A DNA stretch of 64,000 nt from Octopus bimaculoides (taxonomy: Eukaryota). The position numbers and the translations under genes were made by a program. The stretch lies in the NCBI RefSeq assembly GCF_001194135.2, contig NC_069004.1, positions 19,860,716 through 19,924,715 on the forward strand, given 5' to 3'. Below are positions 12,715 through 25,290 of the stretch, in pieces. Every line of letters begins with the position of its first letter. Within the stretch, counting starts at the first letter, position 1. The notes under the pieces are model-generated. The model ran no database searches and had not been told where the DNA came from. It worked only from the letters and a program-made list of their open reading frames with translations.

Positions 12715-15700
12715 TAGGGTGTGTTATGTCATTCTGTGAAAATTTCATATAGATTTTTGAAACCCAATTTTTTCATTAAAACAAAGGTCAAAGAATGAAG
12801 AAATCAATGTTTCCATTTTTTGCTTCTGCCACCTTTAAAAATGGTGGCCAAAGTCATTAATCCTGCATGATTTTCCATTAAATCAAGAAAGAAAATGGGT
12901 TAAAATTATGCAATGTATTGTTTTTAAAGCCAAGAATTTCAAATATGACATTTGTAATTATGAAAAAGTTATATTTTGAGCATGAGAGCCATATTTCTTT
13001 TAATGGCTACCAAAAATGGATATCTTACCAAGTATTCTGATAATATACTTATATAACTACTGTTCATGAATATGGTGCTAATATTTTACTTGTCAGAATT
13101 AATTTTGAATGTTGTTTATACCACATACTGTAAAATCTTTGGGGAGGATTCATATGGGTAGTTCGGGGTGGGTGAGTAAGCAAATGTTTTCTCTCAATAA
13201 TTGTGATTCTTTTTCTCTTTGCATGTCCCTGAATTATGACATGGAATCTGTAGGTCAACCTCCTGCTAAAAGAATCCATCTTGAACATCCTCTGACTCAC
13301 TACAAGCTATGCATCATCAGCCAAATCAACAAGACTGGACCCACAGTAAGAAATTTAGCTGTAGAGACATTTCAAAAATTCGTCAGGCAAATGAATACTT
13401 TGGCCGACTTGAAAGGTCCAGAATTTGCTACTTTGAAAGAAAGACTTGACAAGGACATTACTGCAGATTATTTGATAAAACAACAAGCATTCTGGCATAG
13501 AAAATGTTATTCCATTGCAACCAACTCAGACCACCCGAAGAGAGCAAAGGCTAGATATGATGCAACAATAGCAAAGGAGACAATATCACCTCTTAAACGC
13601 AAGTGAGGTTGCCCATCCAATGTTCAAGAACCATCAACCTCATCTGGCTCTTTCACAAGATCAAAATCAAAATCATTCCAAAAATCTAAATGGTTCTTTT
13701 GCCAAAGGAAAGAATTAGGAAAGTTACATGTATGCAGCACTGAGAATATTGGGTATCAAATATATGAAATTGTGTAGAAAAGTGATAATGAGAGCTGGAA
13801 AGTATATCATGCAAAAATCATAGCTGAGAAAGATCCCCTGTCAAAAGATATAATGTATCACAAATTATGTATGGCAAGACAGTGGGCAAAGTACTGCTCT
13901 TCTCCTAAAGGGTTTACAAGCACCAATGGAAGTTGTCTTACTGGTACAAAAGAAAAATGTAGTGTTAAAAGCATTGCAGGAGGTCTTTAGATGGTGGCAA
14001 AATTATGTCTATAGTAGCGGTAGAGAAGTTCTACAAAGAGTGCATGAGTGACTAGTATAGATAATGTAGAAATGAATTGTACACAACTAAAGGAAAAGAT
14101 TTTGAAACACTGCAAAAACATCAAGTTTACAAGACCTATAGCTGTCAAATTCGATCATGAGAAAGACATGCTAAAGCTTTTTGATGTAAGCAGAATAATA
14201 AAACACGCAATTCATAAAGCCAAATATAACCCTTGAAACTTTAGTGGTTGCCTGAAGGGGGATGACAAATATATACCACATGAGCTGTATTCACTGTTGC
14301 GTTGGATTATTGAAGGTATGAAGATTGGGACGAGTGAAGACAGAAGAAATACAGTAAACATAATGTGCCAAAATGTAGTGCAACAAATAATCCAGGTGCA
14401 CAAGTCAGATAAACAAATGTCATACAAGACAAAATCTGATGTTTCTAAATTTCGTTCTGCAACTGAAACACTACTAAATGAATACTTTGGCCGACTTGAA
14501 AGGTCCAGAATTTACTACTTTGAAAGAAAGACTTGACAAGGAAATTACTGCAGATTATTTGATAAAACAACAAGCGTTCTGGCATAGAAAATGTTATTCC
14601 ATTGCAACCAACTCAGACCACCTGAAGAGAGCAAAGGCTAGATATGATGCAACAATAGCAAAGGAGATAATATCACCGAAACACTACTAACATGTAGAAT
14701 TTCCTTGCATTCCTATCATGCACACAGATGCAAGAGAGAAATTGGCTTTCTTCACCATTCTGTAACAAAACATATTTCACAGATAGCTTGTGTAGTGAAG
14801 GACAATATGAAGAAACATGAAGGAATTTATATTGCAGCTAATCTTAGCAAGGACAAACCAATTCTTGGATCACTGGACAACATTGACGGTCAGGTAGCCA
14901 CTCCAGATGGTAGAAACTCTTTTCATGGCACAGCCATTGCTGTTTACCAGGAAATAGCCCTTATTGGTAAGTAGATTTTCAGTGACCCATTAAACCTCAA
15001 TCAACTTATTGACTTGAGATGGGTAGACGTACCCAAGTCACTGCTAGATGTACAAAAGACTAACATTACTGGAAATCCAACACCTTACCAAAGTCCACAT
15101 TGTCCAGACTTCCCACCAGGTCAGTATGATGAAGAATCCAAGACAACAGAGGAAACTGATCTGGCATAGCAGTCTGACATTCCAATAGACAGAAATTTGG
15201 GACCAGAAATCTACAGGCTTCTGAATCTGAGACATATGCCTCTAGCGAGACTGATGAACCAACAATTGAATCTGAAGATATTGAAGTTACCACTGAAGAA
15301 TTTAACGATAATTCAAAATTAGACTCAAAGAAGCAGGATATACCTTTATGGGGAGCATACAATTCATTTATTATTGAGAGGGATGGTAAAGTAGATTATG
15401 CACACCCATTATAAATTCTGTAACCAATCACAGGTCAACATTGATAACAGGATGAGAAAATCTTTCTAAATTAAGCAAGATAATTAGAGGGGAGAATGCA
15501 CCACCTATATCTGTTTGGATGGCAATGGATCTCTGCAAGAGGGCTTTGAAAATTCCATACTTAGAGGATCACATAGTATTTTACATAGTATTGTGTGCTT
15601 TGAGATGTCTTAGCCAAAAGATAGATCAGTTATGGATTGAGGCAGAAATTTATTCAAGTGTAACTATGAACCAGTGATTAGTGGTAAGCACTACAACAGG

Positions 15701-15965
15701 GTTGTCATCTGGTAACTTTGTCAGAGTGTCATCAGGTAACTTTGCAAGCTCTTGCAGACTTGTGACTAGAAAACTTCTTTGACAAAAATCCAGACATTGC
15801 AGTGAACATAGATAGTATAAGTTCAGAATATTTTGGGAGCAGTCAGTTAAAAGAGGGGCATAGCAAACTATGAGACGAAGGCAATTGATCTTGCTAAAAA
15901 ACTCAAAGAGTTTGATCTCACTTAGAAATATCCTCTTTATAAATGCATGAGACAGTACATGAAGT
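12715..15965 (+). mobile_element. Degraded Academ-like DNA transposon
   Basis: Starts TAGGG. Broken transposase frames with AFWHRKCY, DIMYHKLC, LDNIDGQVATPDGRNSFHGTAIAVYQ, PLWGAYNS and SGKHYNR motifs. The right end is lost under an RTE copy. Confidence 0.55.
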
Positions 15966-17600
15966 TAACAAGGTGAAGGTCAGCAATGAATTTTGTGCAG
16001 GCAGGAGTTCTCCAAGGCTTAGTTCTCAGCCCTCTCTTATTTATCATTGTCCTCCAAACCATAAAAGTAGTATCTAAAACTGGTCACCCTTAGGAACTTC
16101 TGTATGCTGATGACCTTGTTCTTATATCCAAATCTATAGTAGAATCAGAGAAGAATTTCAGGTATGGAACCAAGGTTTGGAATCAATGCATCTTGTTAAT
16201 TTAGCAAACACAAGTTACTAATCCCTTCAGGGAGGTATTGTTCAATATGTAGGTGTAGATAGAAATTCTATTTGATGTACTTTGAGCAAGCTGTGGACAC
16301 AAGAAGTGCAATGTAATCACAAAGTTTAACAGAAAGTTGTGTGTGAGGCAGATATGCAGGAACTGTAAACATTATGAACACACAGGAAATAGAATTTTCT
16401 CAAATGTTCTAGGAGGTAGATAGTTTCTATTACCTAGGTGATTGAATTAGCAGTGGAAGAGGAGGCTCTAAAATTGTAATTGCTAGAATTAGAATCAATT
16501 GAGCAATGTTCAGAGTAACAAAGGCCCTCTCCCTCAGAAGGAATGCCAGATTGTATGATGCTTGTCTATTGACAATTCTACATGGTAGTGAAATGTGGGC
16601 TGTGAAAGCAGAGATCGTGCAAAGGCTTGAAAGTCAGTATGCTTTACTATATGAGCAATGCCAGTGTGCATGTTGTGAAAAAAATTGGATATAAGAGGCA
16701 TCAGAAGTAATGTGCAAGAGAGAAGACTGCACTGGAATGATCATGTGGTGTATATGGATGAGGATAGCTGCATAAAGTAGTGCCAATATCTAATTGTGGA
16801 GGGGACTTGTGCAAGAAAAAGGCATGGAGAAAGTAGTGAAAAATGATCTTTAGAAGCTGAGCCTCACAGAGGAGATGACAAAGGACTGATAATTGGTGAT
16901 TTGCTGTGCTTGAGAAGATCACACCTAGCTAAATAAAACTGAAGCCATAAGGCATATCCTTTATGTCCATGTTCCCACCCCACCCTGCATAATCTATCCC
17001 TGACAAACTTCTTCCCAATGCTTCCCCCTTCCTCCCACCTGTGCTTACCATTGCTGTACTCCCCTCTTCTTTATTTCCCAATCTCCTCTGTTGAATCTTC
17101 CAAACAACCCCTCCCTCTATTTCTGTCCCCTCACTACATTCTCTTTCCTCCACCTACAACTCTCCTTTCTCAACCTTGCATGCAAACTTACCCACTTACT
17201 CACCCCAGCCAGTCCTTGGAGACCAAGGACTGGCTAAGGTGAGTGGGTGGGTCACTTATCTACACATCCCTGTAACTTGAGTGTACCTGTTGCATTACAT
17301 CTTTCTTTCCCTTCTTTGTCTTACTCAGAGAGCCATGTATCTCCTTTACTGTAAGGTGCCTATTTCTGTCCCTCTCCTCATTCTCTAACCTCTCATCTGG
17401 TACAAAGCCATCTTCTTCAATACTAACCCCAACTCAGTTGCAGGATCTTGTCTTGTAAGTTATTTGGTGAACTCACTCTGGTGCCATGTAAAAAGCATCC
17501 AGTACACTTTGTAAAAGTGGTTGGCATTAGGAAGGGCATCCAGCCATAGAAACCATGCCAAAGCAGACTGTAGAGTTAGGTGCAATCTTCTGACTTACTA
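15966..17600 (+). mobile_element. RTE LINE 3' portion with internal deletions and CT-rich 3' UTR
   Basis: GV.QGLVLSPLLFIIVL, LLYADDLVLI, FYYLG, LHGSEMWAV motifs, followed by the 3' UTR core tggttggcattaggaagggcatccagc. Confidence 0.8.
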
Positions 17601-17880
17601 GAACAGAGGCATATAGATGTGTGTGAGGTGGAGAGGAGCCTCAGATTAGATTTCTCACAGGCAAAGAACAGAGATATAATATATTCCGGGTGAGCAATAG
17701 TGATGTGTGAGAGGAGTAAGCATATTTTTGGTAGAGAAAGATTGCTTTGTATCAGATGAGAGGTTAGAGTATCAATAGAGGGATAAAAATAGAGAAGGTG
17801 ATCGAGGTAAGAGTATGCAACAGGATATTTAAGCTCAGGCTAATATTGGCTAATTCAATAACAACATATATTTCTGCATA
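17600..17880 (-). mobile_element. RTE 3' UTR fragment, opposite orientation
   Basis: GA-rich sequence that is the reverse complement of the CT-rich 3' UTR at 17280-17470. Confidence 0.5.
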
Positions 17881-17929
17881 AGCTCCTCAATTGGGTCTAG
17901 CAGATGAACAAAAGAACCCATTTTACAAA

Positions 17930-20533
17930 GCATTTTTGCATATTACCTCAATGACAAACAATAGTGACATTATTGTTGTGACTGGTGACTTCAATGGATA
18001 TGTTGGGCAGCAATCCAATGGATTCCATGGTGTATAAGGAAACTATGGTTGTAGTGCTGGGAAAGAGGAGGGAACAAAACTCTTGGAGTTCTAAGATGTA
18101 AGTGACTTCAAGAAACTAACCAGTTGCCTGATCACCATCATTCTGGTGAGCACACAAGCCAGATTGGCTACATTCTCACTAGAAAACAGGATAGGCAGAG
18201 ACTTGTGCATGCAAAGCTCTTCATGGGTGATGAATGTACAACCTAGCATAGGTTAGTAGCTAGTGACTTCAGACTTAAAGCTAAAAGGACTCAGAGATGT
18301 ACACCAGTCTGGAAAGGAAGTTATGGAAGCTTAAAGATTCAGTGAACAGTCAGAAATTTAGAGAAGTACTAGATGAAGCATTTGACAAAAAGGAGCCAAT
18401 AGCAACTTGTAATGTAAAGGAAAGCTGGAAGTTCCTTTGGGACAACCTATTGAAAACAACAGACCAAATTTGTGACTAGTTCAAATTTCCAAGACTAAAG
18501 GTGACATAATGGTGAAACAATGAAGTTGGCAAAGCCATAAAGGTGAGGAGACGGGATTGGGAAAATGGAGGTAGTAGAGAAATATACCAGATCGCTAAAC
18601 AAGAATTAGAAAGGAAGATGTTTGCTGATGTTCTTTGGTTGTGAGGATCAGAGGCATGAAGTGTTACAGATTGTAAGGCAGTGTATTAGAGAAAATTGTA
18701 ATTTGAGCGAGTGTGAACAGATGGATGATGGTGCACTTGGTGGTTCTGAAAAGAAAGAGGCATAGAAATACTATGAAAGGTTACTAAACATGGAAAATAC
18801 ATGGGAGAAATGGGATATCTAGATGTGAACCTCATGAGTTGACAAGAAGATCCCATGGTCCATCAGGAAATACCATCAAGATGCTTAAAATATCTGATAG
18901 CATGGGATACAACTTAGTTGCCTGTATAGTTAATCAGGTTGAACAAGAAGGTATTGTGTCCAATGACTGGTGTAGCAGCATTATAGCTAGCTGTTACAAG
19001 GGTAAAGGAGAAGCCATGGAGAAATAATAACAGTCGTGTCAAACTGCTGGACCAGGTTATAAAAATTATGGAAAGGATTTTAAGCTCAACTAATTAGCAA
19101 GAGTGTTAATTTAGACAGGATCCAGTTTGGTTTTACACTAGGAAGAAATAATATTGATGTTTTCTACTAGTAAAGCACTACAGGGAAAGAATTTAGTCAA
19201 AAATAAACCACTGTGACATCTGGTGAGGTGGAGAAAGTCTTTGACAGAGTCCATCACTCACTCATCTGGCAGGTACTACAGAATTTTGAGATAGATGAAT
19301 GTCTGGTGAGAGCCATCCAAACTATGTATAGCGATGCTGACAGTAAGGTGAGAGTTAATAATGAGTATAACAATGAAATTAATGTGCAGGTAGAATTTAT
19401 CCGGCTCACTTCCCAATCATTATTTGTAGGAGAATTAGAAAATAAATTCTGTTTAGCCTAAAAGTTAACTTAGGAAAGACTCAAGTTCTGGTAAGCAAGA
19501 AACAGACAAACCAGTAATCCCTTCGGGAAAATGGCCCTACTCATTATGTAGCAAAGGTATAGGTAGAAATTTCATGTGGCGTACCAAGTGTGAGCTATGG
19601 TCACATAAGGGGTGCAGTGGAATCACAGGATGGTTAATAGAGAAAATGGATTTTGTATGCATAGGAGCAGTGAGCACCAGAAATACATTTCCTTGAATGT
19701 CCAGAAGGATCCTTAGAGCTAATAGATAGTTTCTGTTACGTAAGTGATCTAATTTAGCAGTAGAGGAGGTTGTTTTGAAAGTACAATTGCTAGAATATGA
19801 GTGAGATGGAGAAAGTTTAGAGAATTATTATCTTTATTGGCAACGAAAGGTACCCCTCGAGTGAAAGGCAGATTGGATGATGCTTGTGTCAAACAGCAAT
19901 GCTACATGGTAGCAAAATGTGGGCTGTGAAAGCAGAGAACATACAAAGGTTTGAAAGAAACAAAACCAGAATTCTGTCATGCCAGTGTGCATGTACAACA
20001 AAATGTAGATGTGTTGAGAGAAAAATTGGATGTGAGAGACATCACATGTAGTGTGCAAGAGAGAAGACTACTTTTATGGATGAAGACAGCTGCATAAAGA
20101 AGTGCCAATCGCTAAATGTGGACAGAACCTGTGGAAAATAGAAACCCAGTAAGACATGGGACCAAGTTGTGAAAAATGATCTCCAATTGTTGAACCTCAC
20201 CAAGGAGATGACAAAGAACCAAGATGATTCATGTGCTTAAGATGACCTGTTGATCTAAGCAAAAATTAGGCCTTTAAGACATGTTGGTTATGTTTCTGCC
20301 CTTGCACACAGTCTGTTCTTAATGAATCTCTCCCCAACAACTCATCTTCCTAACTCCTCCCCTCCACCTGTGTTCACCACTTTCTGCATTTTCCTTCTCC
20401 TTTCCTCTATCTCCCACTCACCTTTCACACTTTCACATCTTCTTGTCCACATATCCTGTCCAGTCCATGGTTCCACTTCGTTTATATTCATCCCCCTGTA
20501 CCTTGAAACTAAAACCCTGACACATCTTCACCA

Positions 20534-20560
<27 letters not shown>
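17930..20560 (+). mobile_element. Degraded RTE LINE (endonuclease through RT to 3' end)
   Basis: IIVVTGDFNGYVG, SQIGYILTR, DWCSSIIASCYKGKG, VEKVFDRVHH, MLHGSKMWAV motifs. Many stops and frameshifts. Confidence 0.85.
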
Positions 20561-20579
<19 letters not shown>

Positions 20580-20678
20580 GTTACACACACACACACACAC
20601 ACACACATACATTGAGGAATTAACCAACAAATCTACATCTGTGAACTAGAGAGGTACGACTGTGATGTTTACCTGATG

Positions 20679-20909
20679 TCAAGTATCCACAGAAGCAGCT
20701 TTAGGTTCATCATGATGGCTAACCAATGAGTTGGGTTCAATATTTTGTTTAAGTTGCTGTAGTTGTTGTTGTTGTGTTGTTGCTAGATTCATGTCTGTTA
20801 TTTCTTTAGATTCCTTCTCAAGTTTTCCAAAACCCATTTTGAATTTTTTAGCATTTTCTGTTTGATATTTCAAGAGATTCTGCACATTAGTTAGGTTTTT
20901 CATCAATAT
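20679..20909 (-). CDS. Unidentified coiled-coil protein, stop-codon exon (ILMKNLTNVQNLLKYQ...KAASVDT*)
   Basis: Minus-strand acceptor tttctctgttttcttttag ends at 20910. Phase 0, open to TGA at 20681-20679. A CAG|GTAAAC donor follows 6 nt after the stop. Confidence 0.7.
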   Translation of the reverse strand: MLMKNLTNVQNLLKYQTENAKKFKMGFGKLEKESKEITDMNLATTQQQQLQQLKQNIEPNSLVSHHDEPKAASVDT

Positions 20910-21234
20910 CTAAAAGAAAACAGAGAAATAGAATGAGCAAGAAACGGAGAGAATGAGGAGGAAAGTAATAGAGAGTGAGGGTGAGAGGAGAAGTAAGAGG
21001 GAGAAAATAGGTAAAAAGATTTCTTGAATTCAACTTTCCTTTGAGTTAAATATTTTGATAATTATGTGCTTAGTGGTGTGGTGATGGTGTTGGTGATGGT
21101 GTTGGTGATAATGATGGTGATGATGGTTAGTGGGGTGATAGTGATGATTATGAGCTGGTGTTGATAATAATGATGATGATGACATCAATGATGTTAGATC
21201 AGATTAGATATTGTTGACAGAAAAGTTGGCTTAC

Positions 21235-21294
21235 ATCATTTTTCTGGTTAGATTTCTCCAATTGTTTCAATGTTTCTTCCTTTTCAATGTTCAG
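21235..21294 (-). CDS. Unidentified coiled-coil protein, 60-nt exon (LNIEKEETLKQLEKSNQKND)
   Basis: Acceptor tttcag at 21300-21295 and donor GTAAGC from 21234. Phase 0/0, in frame with both neighbouring exons, with heptad-like L/I spacing. Confidence 0.7.
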
Positions 21295-21511
21295 CTGAAA
21301 TAATAGAAGACTCCAACTAGGAAAACCAACTGCTAAAAGCCATTTAAAATGAATGCAAAACAGTAAAGCAAGAATTTTTCTCCATAGCAAAACCGTGAAA
21401 AATGCCCCTTTAGAGGTCAAGTATGTCCCAAACATATTTGATACCACTGCTTCATGTGCCACCAATATATTTTGTTCTGGCCTAGTGGCTGTTGCATGTG
21501 ATCAGTAAATA

Positions 21512-22783
21512 TATTGGATCATCTCATAAATAATGCAATTTTTTTATACTTCCTTTATTTTTCAAATTAAGATAAACAAAGTTCTTTTTTAATCTAAAAT
21601 ATACTCTCCTTCATTTTCTACAATGCTCTTCCATCTATCTGGTAGACTTGCAAAGCCCCTCTTCAAAAATTCACTTGTCTGTGACGAAAAATACTCCTTT
21701 AGTATTGTTCTGATCTCGTCTACAGAATTCATATTTTTTCCATCCAAATGATTTTGAAGACTGCAGAATAAATGATAATCAGATGGGGCAATGTCCAGTG
21801 AATATGGTGGGTGGGGCATCGTTTCCCATTCAAACTGCTCCAACCTTTGGAATGTCATCCTCACCGTATGTGGCTGAGTATTATCCTGATGAAAGAACAC
21901 CTTTCATCATGAAACCAAAGATGGTCCTTTTTCTTCTAGTGCTGACTTAAGCCACTCAAGCTGCTCGCAGTAGATCTCCTTTATCATTTAGTTTGGGTTT
22001 AAAAGTTCAAAGTGGACTAAACCTTTCATATCTCACCAAACAGATAACAACACCTTACATGGGTGAAGACATTCTTTAACCTGGGGTGCCGGTGTTTCTT
22101 CTTTCCCTACCCACTATATCGGTGCTTGACATTTTTATAGAGAACCCATTTCTCATCACCAGTCACTATTTGGTCCAAAAAAGGTTCATTCGTGAGACGT
22201 GACAGCAAAGAAGAGCATACGTTCACTCTCTGTGTGCAAGAAAGTTTGTGAGGAACCCATTGACCCAATTTGCTGACTTTTCCAATGGCACGCAGGTGTC
22301 AATGAATGTCTGAATGACCAAATCCAAACTTCTCTGCTAGTTCCTCAACAGTTAAGATTGGATTTTGTTCCACCAGGGTTTGCAGGACATCCTCGTTGAG
22401 CTCTACAGATCTTCCAGGACATGGCTCATCTTCTAGGCTGTAGTTTTCAGCCCAGAATTTCTGGAATCACCATTGACACTGGCTTACACTTATTGTCCAA
22501 TCCCCATACACTACATTAATATTCCTTGCACTTCCTGTTGCGTTGTTACCTTTATTGAACTCATAAAACAAAACATGCTGAATGTGCTCCTTTGTCACTC
22601 TAGCTTTGAAAAAATAACTGTTAAAATTGAACTCCACTCTTCAAAATTTGCACTAAGAATAAGTATAAGGTAAAATTACTACCTGCTTTTATAGCAAGTT
22701 GATGCAAGTAGTTTATCCTGTCCCCATCTGACTTTTAATTCATGCAATTGAAAAATCTGCATTATTTATGGGATGACCCAATA
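21512..22783 (-). mobile_element. Full-length degraded mariner (DD34D) transposon
   Basis: 25-bp TIRs tattggatcatctcataaataatgc / gcattatttatgggatgacccaata (2 mismatches). ORF 21589-21900 has HQDNTQPH...HPPYSLDIAPSDYHLF. Confidence 0.9.
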
Positions 22784-22999
22784 TTTTCTGATTTCTTATA
22801 AGGAAGCTAAACCTTCCAGTTACTTTAGAGTTGTCTGAATATCTTGTACTGAACAGAGCAAAGAAACTCAAAATGCATCTACTTGTCCATAGGTGGCATT
22901 CTAAAGCAGGAATTTCTCCAAACTGCCATGAAAATACTTCTTTACACATCAAATATGTCCCAGACTTGTTTGAATTGATCTAAAATTTCTTTACATACA

Positions 23000-23135
23000 T
23001 GTGTATGTAAACACATGGTTCTTGGTTCAGTCCCAGTCTGTGGCACCTTGGGCAAGTGTCTTCTTACTTGGGCCAACCAAAGCCTTCTGAGTAGATTTGG
23101 CAGATGAAACTGAAAGAAACCTTGTTTGTGTGTGT
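23000..23135 (-). mobile_element. tRNA-derived SINE, head fragment
   Basis: Matches 24885-25050 (ggttcagtccca..tgtggcaccttgggcaagtgtcttct). Confidence 0.75.
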
Positions 23136-23419
23136 GTGTGTCAATCAATATTTATTATTCAAAATTCAATGAAGAAATATGAATAATAGGGGAAAAGGGT
23201 ACAATCAGTCATTGGAATACATAGTTTATTAAGGCTTTCTACACATCTCCATCTTCAGATGCTAGAAGTATTTCATAGAGCGATATCTCACAGTTTGCAC
23301 AAATCATACAGTGGTAAGTCATTCTTGGTTATTTCCTCTCACGCTTTCCACCTTGTGAGGTGCTTAAAGCAACAAGCACTATTGATAACATTCAGTGAGT
23401 GGGTGTTGCAGTTGGTGAC

Positions 23420-24170
23420 CAATCTAGCTCAGCCAATGTTCATTTATCTTTGTGCTTATTTGCTATTCTTCAGCCATTTGATACAATATATCATTGGAAA
23501 TGTGGTCATTATAGGATATCTGATATATTTTCCTCAGATTTTTTTGTATGGAAAGTATTCACCATGGCCCTTTGCCAATTCATATTTGTTACCCATGTCT
23601 TGCATCCATATATAAAAATTTGAAGAAAGAATTTTGTACATCTTTATCTTCAATGTTGAGTTGATGTCAGACGACCAGAGGTGTTGAAGCTACGACATTG
23701 CTCTACATGCCACTCTCCTTCTGTGTTTGAGCTGTGAGAGAGATCAGTTACAGTTGATCCAAGATAAGTGAATTTATCAACCCTGGATAGTTGCTTTCCA
23801 TTTGCCGGGATACCTGTTGTTTCATCTGAGTTTATATTAACGGTGATGCACTCTGTCTTCTGTTCACTTATTTCTAGCCCCACAGTCTTTACTTCTTGCA
23901 TGACATGATCTAAGTAGTTTTGTGCTTCTATGAGGCTAAGAGCAAAGAGAACAATCTCATCTGCAAATGCCGGATAGGCCAACTTATGTGACTCTGATAT
24001 GCGAATTCCATCCTCCGTATGCAGTTTTCATCACATGATCCATAACCACCAAAAATAGATAAGGTGTTAAGGTATCACCTTACAGAATTCCACTCCAAGG
24101 TGTGAAGCAGAGATGTTGGAAGTAAATTCAAGGGCTGGGTGGAAGGAGCACACTATCTTCATGAAGGTGG
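23420..24170 (-). mobile_element. Older RTE-like LINE RT fragment (different family)
   Basis: ORF 23650-23982 has AFADEIVL...VGLEISEQKTE...VDKFTYLGS, followed by YGCKTW...FHTKNLRKIYQISYNDHISNDILY. Confidence 0.75.
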
Positions 24171-24399
24171 TGAGTTAAGTATGGACGAGAGAAATGGTTA
24201 TGATGCAATCATCAATATACCTACCATTAACAAGGACATGTTGCAAAGTCCAACCCTCACCTCAACATGGTGCAGCTAGTAGAAACGCTGAGTCAAATTC
24301 CCAGTGGGCTAACAAAGGTTCTGGTGAAGATAGTAGGGTTAATCACCTGCCATTGAATGTGATAGATCTCCATTTACCTTATTATTAATACTCGCCGTC

Positions 24400-24750
24400 A
24401 TCGTCGTGGCACTCCGTCAGTTACGATGATGAGGGTTCCAGTTGATCCAATCAACGGAACAGCCTACTCATGAAATTAACAAGCAAGTGGTTGAACACTC
24501 CACAGACACATGTACCCTTAATGTAGTTCTCGGGGAGATTCATTGTGACAGAGTGTGACAAGGCTGGCCCTTTGAAATACAGGCACAACAGAAACAGGAA
24601 GAAAGAGTGAGAGAGTACAGCAAAGTTCACCACCACCCTCTGCCGGAGCCTCGTGGAGCTTTAGGTGTTCTCGCTCAATAAACACTCACAATGTCCAGTC
24701 TGGGAATTGAAACTGCGAGTCCGCTGCCCTAACCACTGGGCCATTGCACT
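24400..24750 (-). mobile_element. Octopus-type tRNA-derived SINE (second family)
   Basis: Minus strand begins gcaatggcccagtggttagggcagcggactc (A box) ..gtttcaattccc (B box), continues gagtgtttattgagcga.aacacctaaagctccacgaggctccggc, and ends ggatcaactggaaccctc..tcgtaactgacggagtgccac. Confidence 0.8.
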
Positions 24751-24884
24751 GGTGTTAGGAAGGGCATCCAACCATAAAAAACATGCCAAAACAGACAAAG
24801 AAGCATGGCGCAGGCTCCTGCCTGGCCAACTCTTGTCAAACTGTCCAACCCATGCCAGCATAGAAAGAGGATGTTAAATGATGA

Positions 24885-25290
24885 AGATGTGGCTGTGTGG
24901 TAAGAAGCTTGCTTACCAACCACATGGTTCCGGGTTCAGTCCCACTGTGTGGCACCTTGGGCAAGTGTCTTCTACTATAGCCTCGGGCCGACCAAAGCCT
25001 TGTGAGTGGATTTGGTAGACGGAAACTGAAAGAAGCCCGTCGTATATATGTATATATATATATATACATGTGTTTGTGTGTCTGTGTTTGTCCCCCTAGC
25101 ATTGCTTGACAACCGATGCTGGTGCGTTCATGTTCCCGTCACTTAGCAGTTTGGCAAAAGAGACCGATACAATAAGTACTAGGCTTCCAAAGAATAAGTC
25201 CTGGGGGTCGATTTGCTCGGCTAAAAAAGGCGGTGCTCCAGCATGGCCGCAGTCAAATGACTGAAACAAGTAAAATGACTGAAAATGACT
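24885..25290 (+). mobile_element. Octopus-type tRNA-derived SINE with CORE-like segment and internal (TA)n(TG)n
   Basis: A box tggctgtgtggtaag and B box ggttcagtccc. ggcaccttgggcaagtgtcttc is CORE-like. The 3' half is gaataagtcctgggggtcgatttg..cagcatggccgcagtcaaatgactgaaac. Confidence 0.85.

Noticed and set aside
24885-24960. tRNA genes at SINE heads (also 24690-24750, 26330-26385)
   Set aside because: A and B boxes are present but the cloverleaf is incomplete, and each continues into SINE body sequence found in several copies.
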